DNA of 63,572 nt, filler included, from Octopus bimaculoides (GCF_001194135.2; 4 parts of 4 records of this genome joined end to end with filler, not necessarily neighbours in it), one strand, 5' to 3'. Shown: positions 21,611-35,262, counted from the first letter of the whole stretch. Notes: a model not told the origin generated them from the letters alone. Made by a program: numbers and translations.

Positions 21611-24042
21611 CTAAAATAGAGATTAGTGCAACACGAGCAGCAGAAATAGAAGAATTTCGCAAAGAAATATGGTTGGCAAAGGAACAACCTCAGAAAAGAT
21701 CTATCAAATTAACAAACAGAATACCTGAACAACTCTGGACTCCTATAACAAATGAAGAGGTCACCCAGATACTGCAAAAACTAAGCAACTGGAAGGCACC
21801 CGAGCACGACAAGATCCCCAACTTCTGGTTAAATATCTAACAGGAACATAAAATGCTGACTGGAAAATTTAATGAAATACTAGCAGATCCAGAGACAATG
21901 CCTGAATGGTACACGGAAGAGAAAATTATCCTAATTCCCAAATCCACTGAAACGGCAAACCCACAAAATTACAGACCGATAAATTGTCCCCCTACTATTC
22001 ACAAAGCCTTTACTGCAATAATATCGCAGAGAATGGGCAAACATCTGAAAGAGAACCGCCAATTTCCAGAAGAGCAGAAAGGATGCTGCAAGGGCTCATA
22101 TGGATGTAAATATCAGCTATTGATCAATAAAGCCATAACTGAAGGCAAGCATAGGAAAAAGAAGAGCTTGGATTGATTATCGAAAGGCTTTTGATAGTTT
22201 TCTCCACACATGGATCATAGAAGCACTAACCATGAACAAGATACCGCCCATAATCATAAGATATATAAAACATTCCATGAATAAGTGGCAAACAGTGTTA
22301 CAATTCCAGACAAAAGAGGGGCTCATAAAAAAACTAAAGCAATTCCCATTAGAAGAGGAATATTCCAGGGAGACACGTTCTCCCCACTCCTTTTCTGCTT
22401 TGCACTGGCATCTGTATCTGACATGCTAAATAGAACTGGATTTGTATACAGCTGGATAAAGTTGGAAACATTACTACAGACAGTACATGGATTTACCAAA
22501 GAGATAAACATGAAATTTGGCTTAGAAAAATGTGCCAAAGCAACCTTGAATAGAGAAAAACTAGTTAAGAGTAACAACATCACACTAGATAAAGCAAATC
22601 AAATAAGAGAATTAGACCAAAGCCAGACCTAATATTTAGATACAACAAACACACACACACACAAAAAAAGAGAAAATAAAAATAGGATACTATAGGCGAG
22701 TGAGATTAATACTGAAAACAGAGCTCAATGTGAAAAACAAGATAAGAGGTATCAACAATCTAGCTGTCTCATAAGTTACAGCTACAATATTCTTAATGAA
22801 CTCTAAATGAACTAATCAAAATAGAGAGGAAAACAAGAAAAATAATGACAGGATTCAGGATGCATCATCCAAAATCTGATATAGGAAGGTTACATATACA
22901 ACATATTGAACGTTGTATAGGTTTTATACAGCTAGGAAACTATTACAAAATAACTATCATAGGATTATAGAAATACCTACTTCAGAAGCAAGGAAAATTG
23001 ATACAGATAGCCACGAAACACGAGCAAAATAAAAAAAAACTGCTTTCTGTCTTTAAGGAAGCTGAAAAATACAAAAAAGAAATAGTACCTAACAACTACG
23101 AAGAAAAAGACGAAACAACAAAAGCTGTAAAACAACTGAAATCCAGACTAAAACTGGAACAGCAACGGTTCATGATAAAACGATGGCAAGAAAAGTTCCT
23201 ACATGGCAAATACTGGGTTACACTAAACAGGAAAGAAATAGACAAAGCAAAGTCTCAACAATGGCCAGAAACTCAGGACTCAAAGCAGAGACTGAAGGAT
23301 TTTTAATTGCAGCACAAGATCAAAGCCTTACCACCAGAAATCACCAAAAACACATAATGAAACGAAATATAAGTAACTGCAGAATATGTGGTAACGGAGA
23401 AGAAACAAAAAATCATATTAACTTTGGCTGCTCAGTCCTGGCTAAGAAGGAATATATTCACAGACACGACAGTGTAGGAACCTATATACACTGGAAGCTA
23501 TGCCAGCACTATAAAATAACAACAGAAGAAAGATTGTATAGCCACGACCCAGAAAAGGTCACAGAAAATGAGAAGGCAGCTATACTCTGGGATATGCCAA
23601 TACACACAAATAGAGACATCAAGGCTAATAGGCCGGATATAGTTGTCAGAGATCACCCCCCACCAAATGCTTTTTAATCGATGTATCAATACCAACAGAT
23701 GGCAGTGTTTCTCTAAGAGAAACGGAGAAACTTTCAAAGTACAAAGATTTGGAAATAGAGGTAACTCGATTGTGCAGCCTAAAAACAGAAACACTTCCTA
23801 TTATAGTAGGCGCATTAGGTGGGATAAAAAAACATTCAGACAAATACATAACAAAAACTCGAGGACTTACAAGTATATATAGCATACAGTAAATAACAGT
23901 ACTAGGCACAGCACACATCCTACGTAAAACACTTTCAATACAGTGAAAATAGAAGCGCCACAACAAACCACAGCACATACCCAAGACACACAGAGCTCCA
24001 TTCGGTAGTGAATGAAAACACGCGATAAAAATAAAACTATTG
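21611..24042 (+). mobile_element. 5'-truncated, decayed R4/Dong-clade non-LTR retrotransposon (RT plus restriction-like endonuclease)
   Basis: Frameshifted fragments: WKAPEHDKIPNFW, IILIPK...NYRPI, QKGC, IDYRKAFD, RRGIFQGDTFSPLLF, MKFGLEKC, LKAETEGFLIAAQDQ, CCHC finger CRICGNGEETKNHINFGC, RHD motif, NRPDIVV...IDVSIP RLE core, and C-terminal LGTAHILRKTLSIQ*. The YxDD segment appears deleted near 22445. The 3' end runs directly into (AAT)n. Confidence 0.9.
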
Positions 24043-24080
24043 AATAATAACAGTAATAATAATAATAATAACAATAATAA

Positions 24081-24292
24081 TCCTTTCTACTATAGGCACA
24101 AGGCCTGAAAATTTTGGGGTACAGGATAGTCGAGTATATCGACCCCAGTGCGTACCTGGTACTTATTTCATCGACCCGAAAGGATGAAAGGTAAAGTCGA
24201 CCACGACGGAATTTGAACTCAGAACGTAGCGGCAGACGAAATACTGCTAAGCATTTCTCCCGGCATGCTAACGATTCTACTAGCTCGCCACC
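24081..24292 (-). mobile_element. Family-A SINE, tail-to-tail with the R4/Dong copy across (AAT)n
   Basis: Reverse complement of the family-A consensus, including TTTGAACTC (B-box) and CTAGCTCGCCACC. Confidence 0.85.
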
Positions 24293-24309
24293 TTGATAAT
24301 TACAACAAC

Positions 24310-24389
<80 letters not shown>

Positions 24390-24391
<2 letters not shown>

Positions 24392-24890
24392 GAAGGTAAA
24401 AATAATACCAATGATAATCGGAGCATTGGGCATGGTAAAAAATCATATGAACAAAAATGTAGAAGCTATACCTGGATCCTCGACACTACGCACTCTCCAA
24501 AAAACAGCCCTGTTAGAAACAGCCCACATCCTACACAAGACACTATCAATCCAATAATACAACCTAAACAAAACAACCCACAAATACAAGACACTCTATA
24601 CAGCATTTACCCAGTGAAATAAACTCTTACCAGCAAGCTAGAAAACCAAAGCATTACACACTCAACCCACAATAAAGCAGTAACACACAAAAGACAGCCT
24701 CAAGAAAAAAAAAACAAAAAAACTAACACCTCAAGAAAAAAAAAAACTAATATAATACAGTACTGGGAAGAGTTTGCACACTCCCAACAGCAGAAAAGAA
24801 CACACATGCTGCACACACCCCAGCAACACGGAGGTGTAGCAGGTGATGCAGTAGAAACTTGCTTCAATCTATCAAATATTGAATAGTTAT
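24390..24890 (+). mobile_element. Short 3' fragment(s) of related R4/Dong elements
   Basis: Starts immediately after (AAT)n. Encodes MKVKIIPMIIGALGM and QKTALLETAHILHKTLSIQ* (stop about 24557), paralleling the C-terminus of the 21.6-24.0 kb copy. A further 3'-UTR-like piece ends TATTGAATA before TAATAATAA, the same terminal word as that copy. Confidence 0.7.
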
Positions 24891-24904
24891 GTAATAATAA
24901 TAAT

Positions 24905-25378
24905 GGCCTTGATGCAACATTAGGCACTGACTCTCATGGCTTCTGACCTTAAATGATTGAAAGTGCTCTCGTGTGCATATTTTGTCTTGATGTAAAAGAT
25001 GGGCTACAGCAAATCTTATTACCACAGAATTGCTTGTCAGTTGTTTGACCTTAACCAGTCGAGCATGTTCCTTAGTGGCTGACAATATGTGCATCTCTGA
25101 TCACGTGCGGAAGTAGTGGGAGTGGGCATCAGAGCCATATGTTGAGAGAAATTCTTTGGGATTTGAACAATTCACCTCTGGAAATGTGGATGTTTCATTC
25201 AACATCCTAAAACAAACCTTATTCAAGAATCTTTTGAGCGAGATAGGCTTCTCGACCTGAAAAAGATTCTAATTGGGTCCCATCTGGAATGTCATGCGCT
25301 GTTTATCTTGGTATGAGATCACCATATTGCACACGTATGGTTGTGATGTGTGTGCCTGGTATACTCTTATCAAAGGGT
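24905..25378 (+). mobile_element. Family X repeat, longest 5' extent, 3' end lost
   Basis: Shares GAGCATGTTCC...ATATGTGCATCTCTGATCA...GAAGTAGTGGG...TTCACCTCTGGAAA...CTTGxTATGAGATCACCAT with 55598-55973. Preceded by TAATAATAATAAT. Confidence 0.8.
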
Positions 25379-26211
25379 AAAATTAATTAATTAATTAATC
25401 AATTAATTAATAATTAATAATTTTACCAAGTAGATCGGTACATTAAAATAATTTTTTTAGGTAAAATTATACAAATATTCTATAATTATAAACATAATTA
25501 TAACTAAGGGGTCAGCTAATTGCTTCACCACGAAACCGAAGTTAGAAATAGGAGTAAAAATTCCTTTTCTGCTACCATAAAGACCTCCCAGATAGTAACA
25601 CACTTTTTATAGAATATTTATGTGTGTATNNNNNNNNNNNNNNNNNNNNNNNNNNNNNNNNNNNNNNNNNNNNNNNNNNNNNNNNNNNNNNNNNNNNNNN
25701 NNNNNNNNNNNNNNNNNNNNNNNNNNNNNNNNNNNNNNNNNNNNNNNNNNNNNNNNNNNNNNNNNNNNNNNNNNNNNNNNNNNNNNNNNNNNNNNNNNNN
25801 NNNNNNNNNNNNNNNNNNNNNNNNNNNNNNNNNNNNNNNNNNNNNNNNNNNNNNNNNNNNNNNNNNNNNNNNNNNNNNNNNNNNNNNNNNNNNNNNNNNN
25901 NNNNNNNNNNNNNNNNNNNNNNNNNNNNNNNNNNNNNNNNNNNNNNNNNNNNNNNNNNNNNNNNNNNNNNNNNNNNNNNNNNNNNNNNNNNNNNNNNNNN
26001 NNNNNNNNNNNNNNNNNNNNNNNNNNNNNNNNNNNNNNNNNNNNNNNNNNNNNNNNNNNNNNNNNNNNNNNNNNNNNNNNNNNNNNNNNNNNNNNNNNNN
26101 NNNNNNNNNNNNNNNNNNNNNNNNNNNNNNNNNNNNNNNNNNNNNNNNNNNNNNNNNNNNNNNNNNNNNNNNNNNNNNNNNNATCTATTATGTTTCCTGT
26201 CTATTTGTATG

Positions 26212-26245
<34 letters not shown>

Positions 26246-26431
26246 TGTATGTATGTATGTATGTATGCATGTATTTCCCACTCGAATTGTGCTTTCTACG
26301 CATTTCAATCGAATCCCCTGCGGGTAAACACGGGATCTCCTAACGACTATGTAGACGTCACGTAATCAAGGTATCCTTGGCCTAAAGAGGAACTTCCGGT
26401 CTACACCTCGTTTGGATAATTACTACTTCCG

Positions 26432-26725
26432 GGAACATGTCGTCTGCTATAGCCTCGGCCAACTATAGGCTTAAGAGTGGATTTGGTTGTCGGAAACACA
26501 CAAACACACACACACACACACACACACACGTATATGTGTGTGTGTGTCTTTGTGTCTGTGTTTGTCCCCTCATCACCGCTTTACAAACTGTGTTGGTGTG
26601 TTTACTTCCCCCGTAACGAAGCGGTTCGGGAAAAGACCGGTAGAATAACTACTACGCTTTAAATAATAAAACCCTTCAAGGTGATGCTTCAGCATGGCCA
26701 GTCAATTGACTGAAACAAGTAAATG
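26432..26725 (+). mobile_element. Family-B SINE, 5'-truncated, with internal (CA)n/(TG)n
   Basis: CTATAGCCTCGG...GAGTGGATTTGG, then microsatellite, then the tail ending GACTGAAACAAGTAAA. Confidence 0.75.
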
Positions 26726-26731
26726 AATAAA

Positions 26732-26770
<39 letters not shown>

Positions 26771-26957
26771 GAATAGAACTCAGAAGATGAGCATATACAC
26801 GTTTTATTATATTAATTATCAAGTGCCAACACACGAAACTCTTAACCCTTGAGTCACTCAGTAATTTCCGCCGACTTTAATAAAGATGTGTGTGTGTATG
26901 AGTGTATGTATTATGTATATATATATATATATATGCATATATATATTTGCATATATA

Positions 26958-27481
26958 CAATAATACCTCGATATACGAGTTAATTTGTTACCCGAGATCG
27001 CTCGTATAGCGAAAACACGTAAAAAAGCAATGATTCTCATACTAGCAATGTCGTAATTCGTTCCCAAAAAAATATTTCATCTATAAAATTTATAATACTC
27101 ATAAATAAATGGCAATTAAACAACAGTAGAATGTAATGGCTATTTTATGCAAAGTAAAAAGAATGTGAGATCAGTTATAGTAAAAACATATTATTATAAT
27201 CGTTTTCTGAATCACTTTCACTCACATTAGACTTGCACCATCAGTTGTCACCATCACATTACACCATCAGTTGTCGACGTGATCACTGATTCACAAGACT
27301 CGTAGACGAACTTGTAGATTTCTTTTTAAAAACAAATCTAGAGCTGTTTGCTTAGAAGTTTTTTTTTTTGCTCTTTATGAATTTCTGGGCAACACACAGA
27401 AGCATTTCGTTCAAAATTTGAATCTTGTGCTTGCAAAATAAAACTCGTAAACCCAGGGTCTCGTTAAGTGAGGTATTACTA
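26958..27481 (-). mobile_element. Second copy of the same pogo/Tigger MITE family, opposite orientation
   Basis: The reverse complement of 27300-27481 aligns with 13663-13870. The other end TA|CAATAATACCTCGATATA matches the reverse complement of the right TIR of the first copy at 16/18. Confidence 0.75.
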
Positions 27482-27546
27482 TATATATATATATATATAT
27501 ATATATNNNNNNNNNNNNNNNNNNNNNNNNNNNNNNNNNNNNNNNN

Positions 27547-27598
<52 letters not shown>

Positions 27599-27602
27599 CG
27601 AG

Positions 27603-27797
27603 TAATGCTTAGCGGTATTTCGTCTGCTGCTACGTTCTGAGTTCGAATTCCGCCGAGGTCGACTTTGCTTTTCATCCTTCCGGGGTCGATTAAATAAGTA
27701 CCAGCTACGCACTGGGGTCGATATAATTGACTTAATCCGTTTGTCTGTCTTTGTTTGTCTCCTCTGTGTGTAGCCCCTTGTGGGTAGTAAAGAAATA
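27603..27797 (+). mobile_element. Family-A SINE, 5'-truncated, alternative tail
   Basis: ATGCTTAGCGGTATTTCG...GAGTTCGAATTCC...GGGTAGTAAAGAAATA. Confidence 0.85.
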
Positions 27798-27801
27798 ACA
27801 C

Positions 27802-27834
<33 letters not shown>

Positions 27835-28280
27835 CATGCATATGTAATATAGATATATATGCAGAAAGAGAACGGGTGAGAGAGCAGGGCAATGAGTGTG
27901 AGATATATATTAAAATACTAAACCGAGTATAATTTTACAAATATAAGCCCACTATAGGTTTATAATTATAAAATGAGGCACAGAATTATTTAATTAACAT
28001 TTGTATTCATTAGTTAATCACAAATATTTTTTTTGATCGGTATTAAATATTATAAGATGATATTTATTCAAGTCTCTGCTGTAAATATTAAGTGGGGTTT
28101 TTTTTTTTTTTTCGAAGTCCCCACTTCTATTTTCATTAACATAGAATATTTTCGCTTGAAGAGAGAAAGAAAGAGAGAAAGAAAGGGAGAGAAAGTAGAG
28201 GGAAAGTAAGAATGAACCTCTTAAAACATCTTAAAACATCTTAAAACAAGCGTTTCAAGTACGTGCTTATTTGTTCAACG

Positions 28281-28468
28281 ATGCATAACGATTGCGCAAT
28301 ATTATGTAACTCCACATTATTGCACAGCCGAACCATTTCATCAGGCGATATCTACCCTTCCGCTTGTGAAATCAAAATCAAGTTCACGGAAGGCCGGATT
28401 TCGCCTGATGAAATGGTGCGGCTTTACGATAATAGAACATTTCGTAATATTGCGTAATTGTTATGCAT
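28281..28468. repeat. 188-bp imperfect palindrome (82-bp arms, 24-nt loop)
   Basis: Arms 28281-28362 and 28387-28468 are 64/82 complementary by hand alignment. Confidence 0.9.
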
Positions 28469-29472
28469 TGTAGACTAAACCTTCTGAAACAGATGCAGTT
28501 ATGTTTTGAACCGTCTGTTTTATTTCTTTACTACATGATATTCCGTGTAATATGTAACAATTATATCTTTGATACATACATGGATTTACAGGATGGCTGG
28601 GGTCATTATACTGCTATCTAAATAAATCGCACAGATTGCTGTATTGACCAGTTGAATGACGAGGAATTTCTCCAGAATAGCCTGTGAGTTTGATATATAT
28701 CGACGTATTCCGATGTTAATTGTTAAGTTCTTTTTGACCCCCCCCCCCCCACGGAAAGAGAGAGTGAGAGAGAAAGAGAGAGAAAGGAGGAAGAGAGAAA
28801 GAGGGTTGAAGCATGATGTAGAGAATACTATATATAATATATCCTTAATTTTGAAAATTATTTGTTAGTAAAGAAGAAAAGGAGACAAGAACCTGACGGC
28901 AATTGTTTGTGACTATCAATGACAAAGGGAAATAATTTCAAGAAATTAGGAATAAATTTATCGTGTTAATGTACTCCTAGGAAAAGCATAGGATGAGCTT
29001 TGATTGCTGGCTGATGGAAATTAAGTACGTACGTATACTTCGTCCTGAGATCTTTGCAGTTCAATATAAGCTCTACTTAGCTAAGTTACGTTTTTTCATA
29101 TATTAGAAGAATTAAATATATTTATGGCCAAGTGTAACTTACACGATTAAAAAAAAATATCAAAGAGAGCCTATGACAGGAATTTAGATAACTATGTTCC
29201 AGTGTGGTGTCTTGGATATAATACATAATGAACTCTTAATTTTTTGAAATTTCCCTCCGAATAGGAAATGAAAAACAGAAATTACGCGGAGTTTTTTGGC
29301 GTTAACTTAAAAAAAAAAAAAGAATTGCTGAAGATAATTTGCATGCAAAGGAAAGGTCATCTTGATCTTTGTCATTGCTAAGAATGCAATATGCAAATCA
29401 GATTCAAACTAATTTTGTTTAAGCCCACAATAATAAACAGCAACAACAAAGTGTGTGTGTGTGTGTGTGTGT

Positions 29473-29524
<52 letters not shown>

Positions 29525-29529
29525 ATATA

Positions 29530-29816
29530 TATTTTTTTCTTGCTTGGTATGGGCGAAGAAGTGGTACACATTGTCTCTGCAGGCCCTCGAAGACGAGTGA
29601 GGTTGATATCGTTAACATTCTGCCTACAGCAGAGATTCCAGAGGATCGACATTCTGAGGGAGAAGAAATGAGTTAGCGCGGGACCAGGGAACTTCGATGC
29701 AACATGGCTGATGAGATGAAGAGATACATGTTAGTCGAGAGTGTTTGAATGGAAGTGATACAGGACCAGTCAGCTCCGAGAAATAGAGGCCAATGTAGTA
29801 GTGGTAAAAAAGCAAG

Positions 29817-29849
<33 letters not shown>

Positions 29850-30660
29850 AGTCAAAATATCTTGGAGCTACAGGTTGAAACGTGCCGGTGAGAAACTTTA
29901 ATCCACCGGGTCGAGTCGCCTTTTTCTATAATGCATGTGTGCACTATCAGCATTGTCCCAGATATGAACGAGCAATATTCAGCTGAACTTCATAGAGTGT
30001 AAGAAGTTGTTATAGGAAGAAGTAATTTCTAGTCTTGAAGTGAAAGACTGGATGTTATGGCATGGTTCAAGCTATGTTAAGGATGTGAAGTCGCTATGTA
30101 AATTCTCCTGTAAAATTTCCTCTAATATCTGAAGTGATGGCAAGGGTGTGTTGCTCGTATTTAAAAGGGACGATGATACTCGATGATATTTTTGTTGATA
30201 CGAGTTATAGAAAGAAACATGAAATATTGAAAAACACAAGATTAACATGTCGTGATTGGAGAATATTTTCGAGGTCTCTGTTCATAGAATCAGTGCAACC
30301 TTGGTGAGCGGTGTCTGGATTGCATGTAGATGACGCTTGGTTGGGGAAGATTAAAGAACAATGAAGGATAATATCTGCGCACGTACGAATATTGTTGGAC
30401 ATGACGGCAAGTATGTCATAGGTGCATTCAATGAGTAGAGTAGGGTACAATACCAAACACAGGAAAACAATAGTTTCGTATGAGAAAGAACTGCATCAGT
30501 AAACCCAAGGATAATACAATCTGATAGGAAAATACTAATTCAAGAGATGAGACCTGGATGAAGCCCACAGGTGAAACGATTTGACAGACAATTTGCATAC
30601 AAGATTCGATTGAAAACGTTATTGATATCAACTTTAACTACATTGCTTTTAATAGATCTC
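29530..30660 (-). mobile_element. Decayed CR1/Jockey-group LINE, RT C-terminus to 3' end
   Basis: Minus-strand NNIRTCAD (YADD-like), SMNRDLENILQ, NLVFFN, EYC/HIWDNA-like text and LFYHYYIGLYFSEL...SSSHQP. Interrupted by (GA)n at about 29818-29850. Confidence 0.6.
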
Positions 30661-30943
30661 CTTAAAGCGAGAGCTCGATAGTGATGAAGTCGACCTTGCC
30701 TTTCATCCTTTCGGGTTCAAAAAAATATGTACCAGTTGAGTACTGGGGTCGATGCAATCTACTAACACCTCTCCTAAAATTGCTAGCTATGTGCCAAAAA
30801 TTTGTAACCAATATTTACATACAGGACCGGATTGAGGCCAACCGATACTTAAGCTCACCTCTACATCAATCCTTTCGACCGTTTCGTTGACAAACATAAG
30901 TCATTAAAACAAAACTGCCGAATGTACTATAAAAGATCAAAAA

Positions 30944-31161
30944 GGCGGTGAGCTGGCAGAGACGTTAGCACACCGAGCGAAATGCTTAGCGGTATTTCGT
31001 CTGTCTTTACGTCCTAACTTCAAATTCCGCCGAGGTCGACTTTGCATTTCATCCTTGCAGGGTCGATAAATTAAGTACCAGCTGCGTAGTGGGGTCGATC
31101 TAATCGACTGGCCCCTCCTCCCCAAAAATTTCGGGCCTTGAGCCTAGAGTAGAAAAGAATA
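30944..31161 (+). mobile_element. Family-A SINE (full length); a partial copy lies at about 30677-30810
   Basis: GGCGGTGAGCTGGCAGA head, consensus body, tail GGGCCTTGAGCCTAGAGTAGAAAAG. Confidence 0.85.
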
Positions 31162-31682
31162 TCCTTTTCATTTCGGGCCTTGTACCTAGAGCAGAACAGA
31201 ATATAAAATATCAAAACTCAGTATTCTTCCAGGCTATTTTCCGTATCAAATCCCACCAAGTGTATAAAATGTAATCTTTTAAATTAAATTTAACACTAAT
31301 TAGCTACAAACAGTATTAACAAATAATATACTCATAACTAGGATAACAGAAATTAAAAGAAATATCTCTTTTTCTTTTTTAACAGCAAAGTCTTTGAAAT
31401 TAATCTATCGTTACAAATCTTATTCACTCCGCAAAGATAAAGAATGTAATTTGTCTGATAGCATAGTTGTTATGTTAATTTTTTTTTAATGATATCATGT
31501 ACACACCACGTCTTATTTGACTAACTTACACCGCCTTTTAATTTAGTAGTTGTTCATTTTGATATAAAGTAATTTACTTAATGAGAAATTCAGGAAATTC
31601 CTTGTCACTTTAGGTCAAACAGCACGTTAAAGTAAATCAATGCTTCAAAATACTAACGAAAACAGTAAGCGAACACCCGATG

Positions 31683-31723
<41 letters not shown>

Positions 31724-31918
31724 CACATACACAGTGCGGCAGAAAGATTGCCCCGATTTCAAAGGTTGATAAAAAAAGAAAAACAAACATATGACGGTAC
31801 AAGTAAAAACGATGCTCTCCATTCCAGGTGGGTTCTAATTGAAACAGAAAAAAATGGCATTTAATGAACTTCATNNNNNNNNNNNNNNNNNNNNNNNNNN
31901 NNNNNNNNNNNNNNNNNN

Positions 31919-31930
31919 TTAATTAATTAA
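31919..31930. other. Artificial six-frame-stop linker TTAATTAATTAA inside an N gap (also 58669-58680 and 61822-61833)
   Basis: An identical palindromic 12-mer is centred in three gaps of about 100 nt. It gives TAA in all six frames. Confidence 0.9.
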
Positions 31931-32076
31931 NNNNNNNNNNNNNNNNNNNNNNNNNNNNNNNNNNNNNNNNNNNNAATATAGTTAAGGGATCAGCAAATAT
32001 TTGCTTCACCATATACGGAAGTTCAGAAATAGCAGCTAAAAAAGCTGGGAATCTCACAGATAGCATCACTTGTAAC

Positions 32077-32800
32077 TCACAAAGGTAAACACAAGAAGAA
32101 AAAACAATGAAAAACTAACCAATTCAGATGGTTAACAGCAAAAAAACAGTCTATCCTTTCGGTTTCAGCTTTGAGCTTGCGTCGATCAGTGTACGTCAGA
32201 TTGGGGGATGTTTGATCCTGGTCTTCTCTAATATATCGGCACATCATCCTCACCTCATTGTTTCCTTGATCATCATCGTATTCTTGTGATATAGCTCTTC
32301 CTATTACCTCTGCTTCATTTGTTGAGAGTGCATTTACATTTACACTTTTCTCTACATCTTCACTGCTGCCACTCATTTCTCCGTCTTCGCTAGGCACGTT
32401 ATCTGCAGGTGAAGTATTATTACTGTTTTCTACTTTCCTTTTTATCTCATCTATTTCCATGTCTGTTAACCTCCCTTTTGTTCTTATTGCTCTTGCCTTG
32501 TCGGCTAACCATTGCTTACTTATCTCGAAGTGTCCTATTTCATTCCATTTTGCTTTCATGCTTTATCGGAATCCCCTTCTACTGGGTTCAAGTCTGATCC
32601 AGTATTCAATTACCGTTTGGTTTGTCTCCTAATCCCACCTTCCTCTCTGCCTCTAACTTTGTGTATAAGCAGTCTCTGAATGACAACCGGGCCTGCGCTG
32701 CTCAACCACAGGGCACCAGCCTGGCGAAAGGCTTTCACTTTTGATTGCAGCTTCATTTACACCATTCTTTGATACACTTGTATTAGACATTTTCAATCAA
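32077..32800 (-). mobile_element. 5' (N-terminal ORF) remnant of an R4/Dong-like element
   Basis: RWD*ETNQTVIEYWIRLEPSRRGFR*SMKAKWNEIGHFEISKQWLADKARAIRTKGRLTDMEIDEIKRKV resembles the conserved N-terminal region of R4/Dong ORFs (W..E.N...S.P..RGYRKRM...W...SEQRLADQ.R.I...W). Contains in-frame stops. Confidence 0.65.
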
Positions 32801-33686
32801 TATTGAGGTTTTTGTTTTAAGGATAGCCACCAACCGGTATTTTTTTTTATCGAGACACGATCTCTAGTAAGATTGTCAACCAAGACTGCAGCGCTCTTAC
32901 TACCCAAAAGTTGGGACTGTTCTATCTATAAATATATCAAGGCTTTGTATTACAGACAGCGATATCTCAAACTTTAAAATAATATGAACGGGCTTACACA
33001 TTTTTTTAGCGTTAAATTGCCAACAGATCGAGTGAGAGATAGAGGAGGAAGAAGTAGGAGAGATGTATCAATATTCCAACGTGTGGACAAATATGCATAT
33101 GGAAATCTAGGTTGGACAGAGAATAGCTAAGGTATAGAAATCTATGAACATCTAAAAATTTTAGCAAAGTATTATACCGATGGGCTTGGTAAAAAAATTA
33201 TTAATTATTAATTGATTTATTAATTGATAAATTGATAATCCTTTACCCTTTTAATTTGTAATAATTATTCACTCCCGGCTAGTATACGCAGATTTCTCTG
33301 CGATATCACTTGTCGCGCACATGGTAATTTCTTGAGGAAGGGACAGTTAGACTGGCTGACCGGGGTGGATTCGGTTATGCTTTCTGATCTGTGTCGGTGT
33401 GGAATATTACTCGTCCATGCTTGCAAGGTTTACTAGCATAGTCATATTTACTACTGGAATACAGTACTGATGAAGGAAATTGATTATTAATTATTAATTA
33501 TTAATCATAATCCTGAAACGCGTCTGCTGTTAACCATCTGAATTGGTTAGTTTTTCATTGTTTTTTCTTCTTGTTTTTNNNNNNNNNNNNNNNNNNNNNN
33601 NNNNNNNNNNNNNNNNNNNNNNNNNNNNNNNNNNNNNNNNNNNNNNNNNNNNNNNNNNNNNNNNNNNNNNNNNNNNNNNNNNNNNN

Positions 33687-33717
<31 letters not shown>

Positions 33718-34429
33718 TTTACCTTTTACTTGTTTCAGTCATTAGACTGTGGCCATGCTGGGGCACCACCTTGGGCTATATATATATATATATTATATAT
33801 ATATGTTTATATATATATATATATACAAGAATAAGAGAGAGAGAGAGAGAGAGAGAAAGAAAGTAAGTAAGAAAGAAAAAAAGAAAGAAAGAAAGAAAGA
33901 AAGAAATAAAGTGATAAAATATATAGTTAGATAGATAGATAGATAGACACGGAGTGAGAGAGAGAGAGATAGTTATAGATTTTAAGCGTTCAAAACTGAA
34001 AATATAAAATACAATGAATATTTGATATTGTGAAAGTAACTTAGTCATGGTATTTTCAAAATAAACGTATTAGGTGTTGCGATTACTGTGTTATTTACTA
34101 TGAGAAGACATCTCATATTGATACGTGGTGCCCAAAATCACTCATGTATATATCGCTACGGCCCCTGGGACTGCCAGATAATTTGATTTCCTCCTTCTTT
34201 GCGCTTATCATGGTCAGACCTACAGTGAAGACATAGCAGCTGATTCTCCCATCAACGATATATAGAACATAAGATTTTATTCAGGCACTGCTGTTGCAAA
34301 TAGCCTGTTGGTTTATTAAAAATAATTAATCGTTAATAAGTATATTCAACAGAACGTATTTAATCACATTTAAGTAAATCTATATATAGAGATTTACTCA
34401 AATGCATCAATTTTTTTCTATGTCAATCG

Positions 34430-34680
34430 TTTTATATTGACTCCCACTAGATCATCATCCCAGATTTTTTCTCTCATTCGACTCAGCAGTTGCAGGCCGG
34501 AGGAAGCTTCATGGCAGGCCCGGCTCCAGATGATTGAACGTAAATAAATGGGCCGTGATTGGGGATTATCTCCAAAGGCTCGACATGACCTTGGCGGATG
34601 CAGACGAACACGCATGAGACTACTGAAGTACCTGGTCCACTCTACGCATCATGATGCCTCTGGGACTACAAACTTGGAAT
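34430..34680 (-). mobile_element. Possible RTE-type LINE 3' remnant
   Basis: GC-richer block with weak resemblance to the RWxGHVxRM...PK...YGE C-terminal pattern. Confidence 0.25.
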
Positions 34681-35213
34681 GATCCCACTCACATCAAACA
34701 AGAGCATGAAACCAAACCAAGCTATATTCATATGTTCGAGTAATTTCGTTGTATTATAACCAGTTGAGCTATTCCTTTGAATAATCTTTTCTTCAGGTTT
34801 ATAGGAGAATAAAAATTTTACTGAAGGAGATGGAATATCAAAACCAATGACTATTTTTCGTTAAATCATCTTAAATGTACACATACAGGCATGTACACCT
34901 TACGTACACACGCACACACACACACACACACAGACATATAAGCGCCCTCTCTCACATATACATGCTGGCTCACACATAGATACACAAAACACATACGCAA
35001 ATGTACAGAGGTACATATATATGCTTGCATACTGATAAATGTACGTTCGGAGAAACACACATGATTCCGTATCTGAGTTTATAATCATAATTTAATATAA
35101 ATATTCATGTGCAAATATTTATCTACCTAGCATTTACACATATTTTCACATTATGTGTGTGTTTACATGAAAACACGCACATTTACACACACGCATATAT
35201 ATGTGTCTGCGCG

Positions 35214-35262
<49 letters not shown>

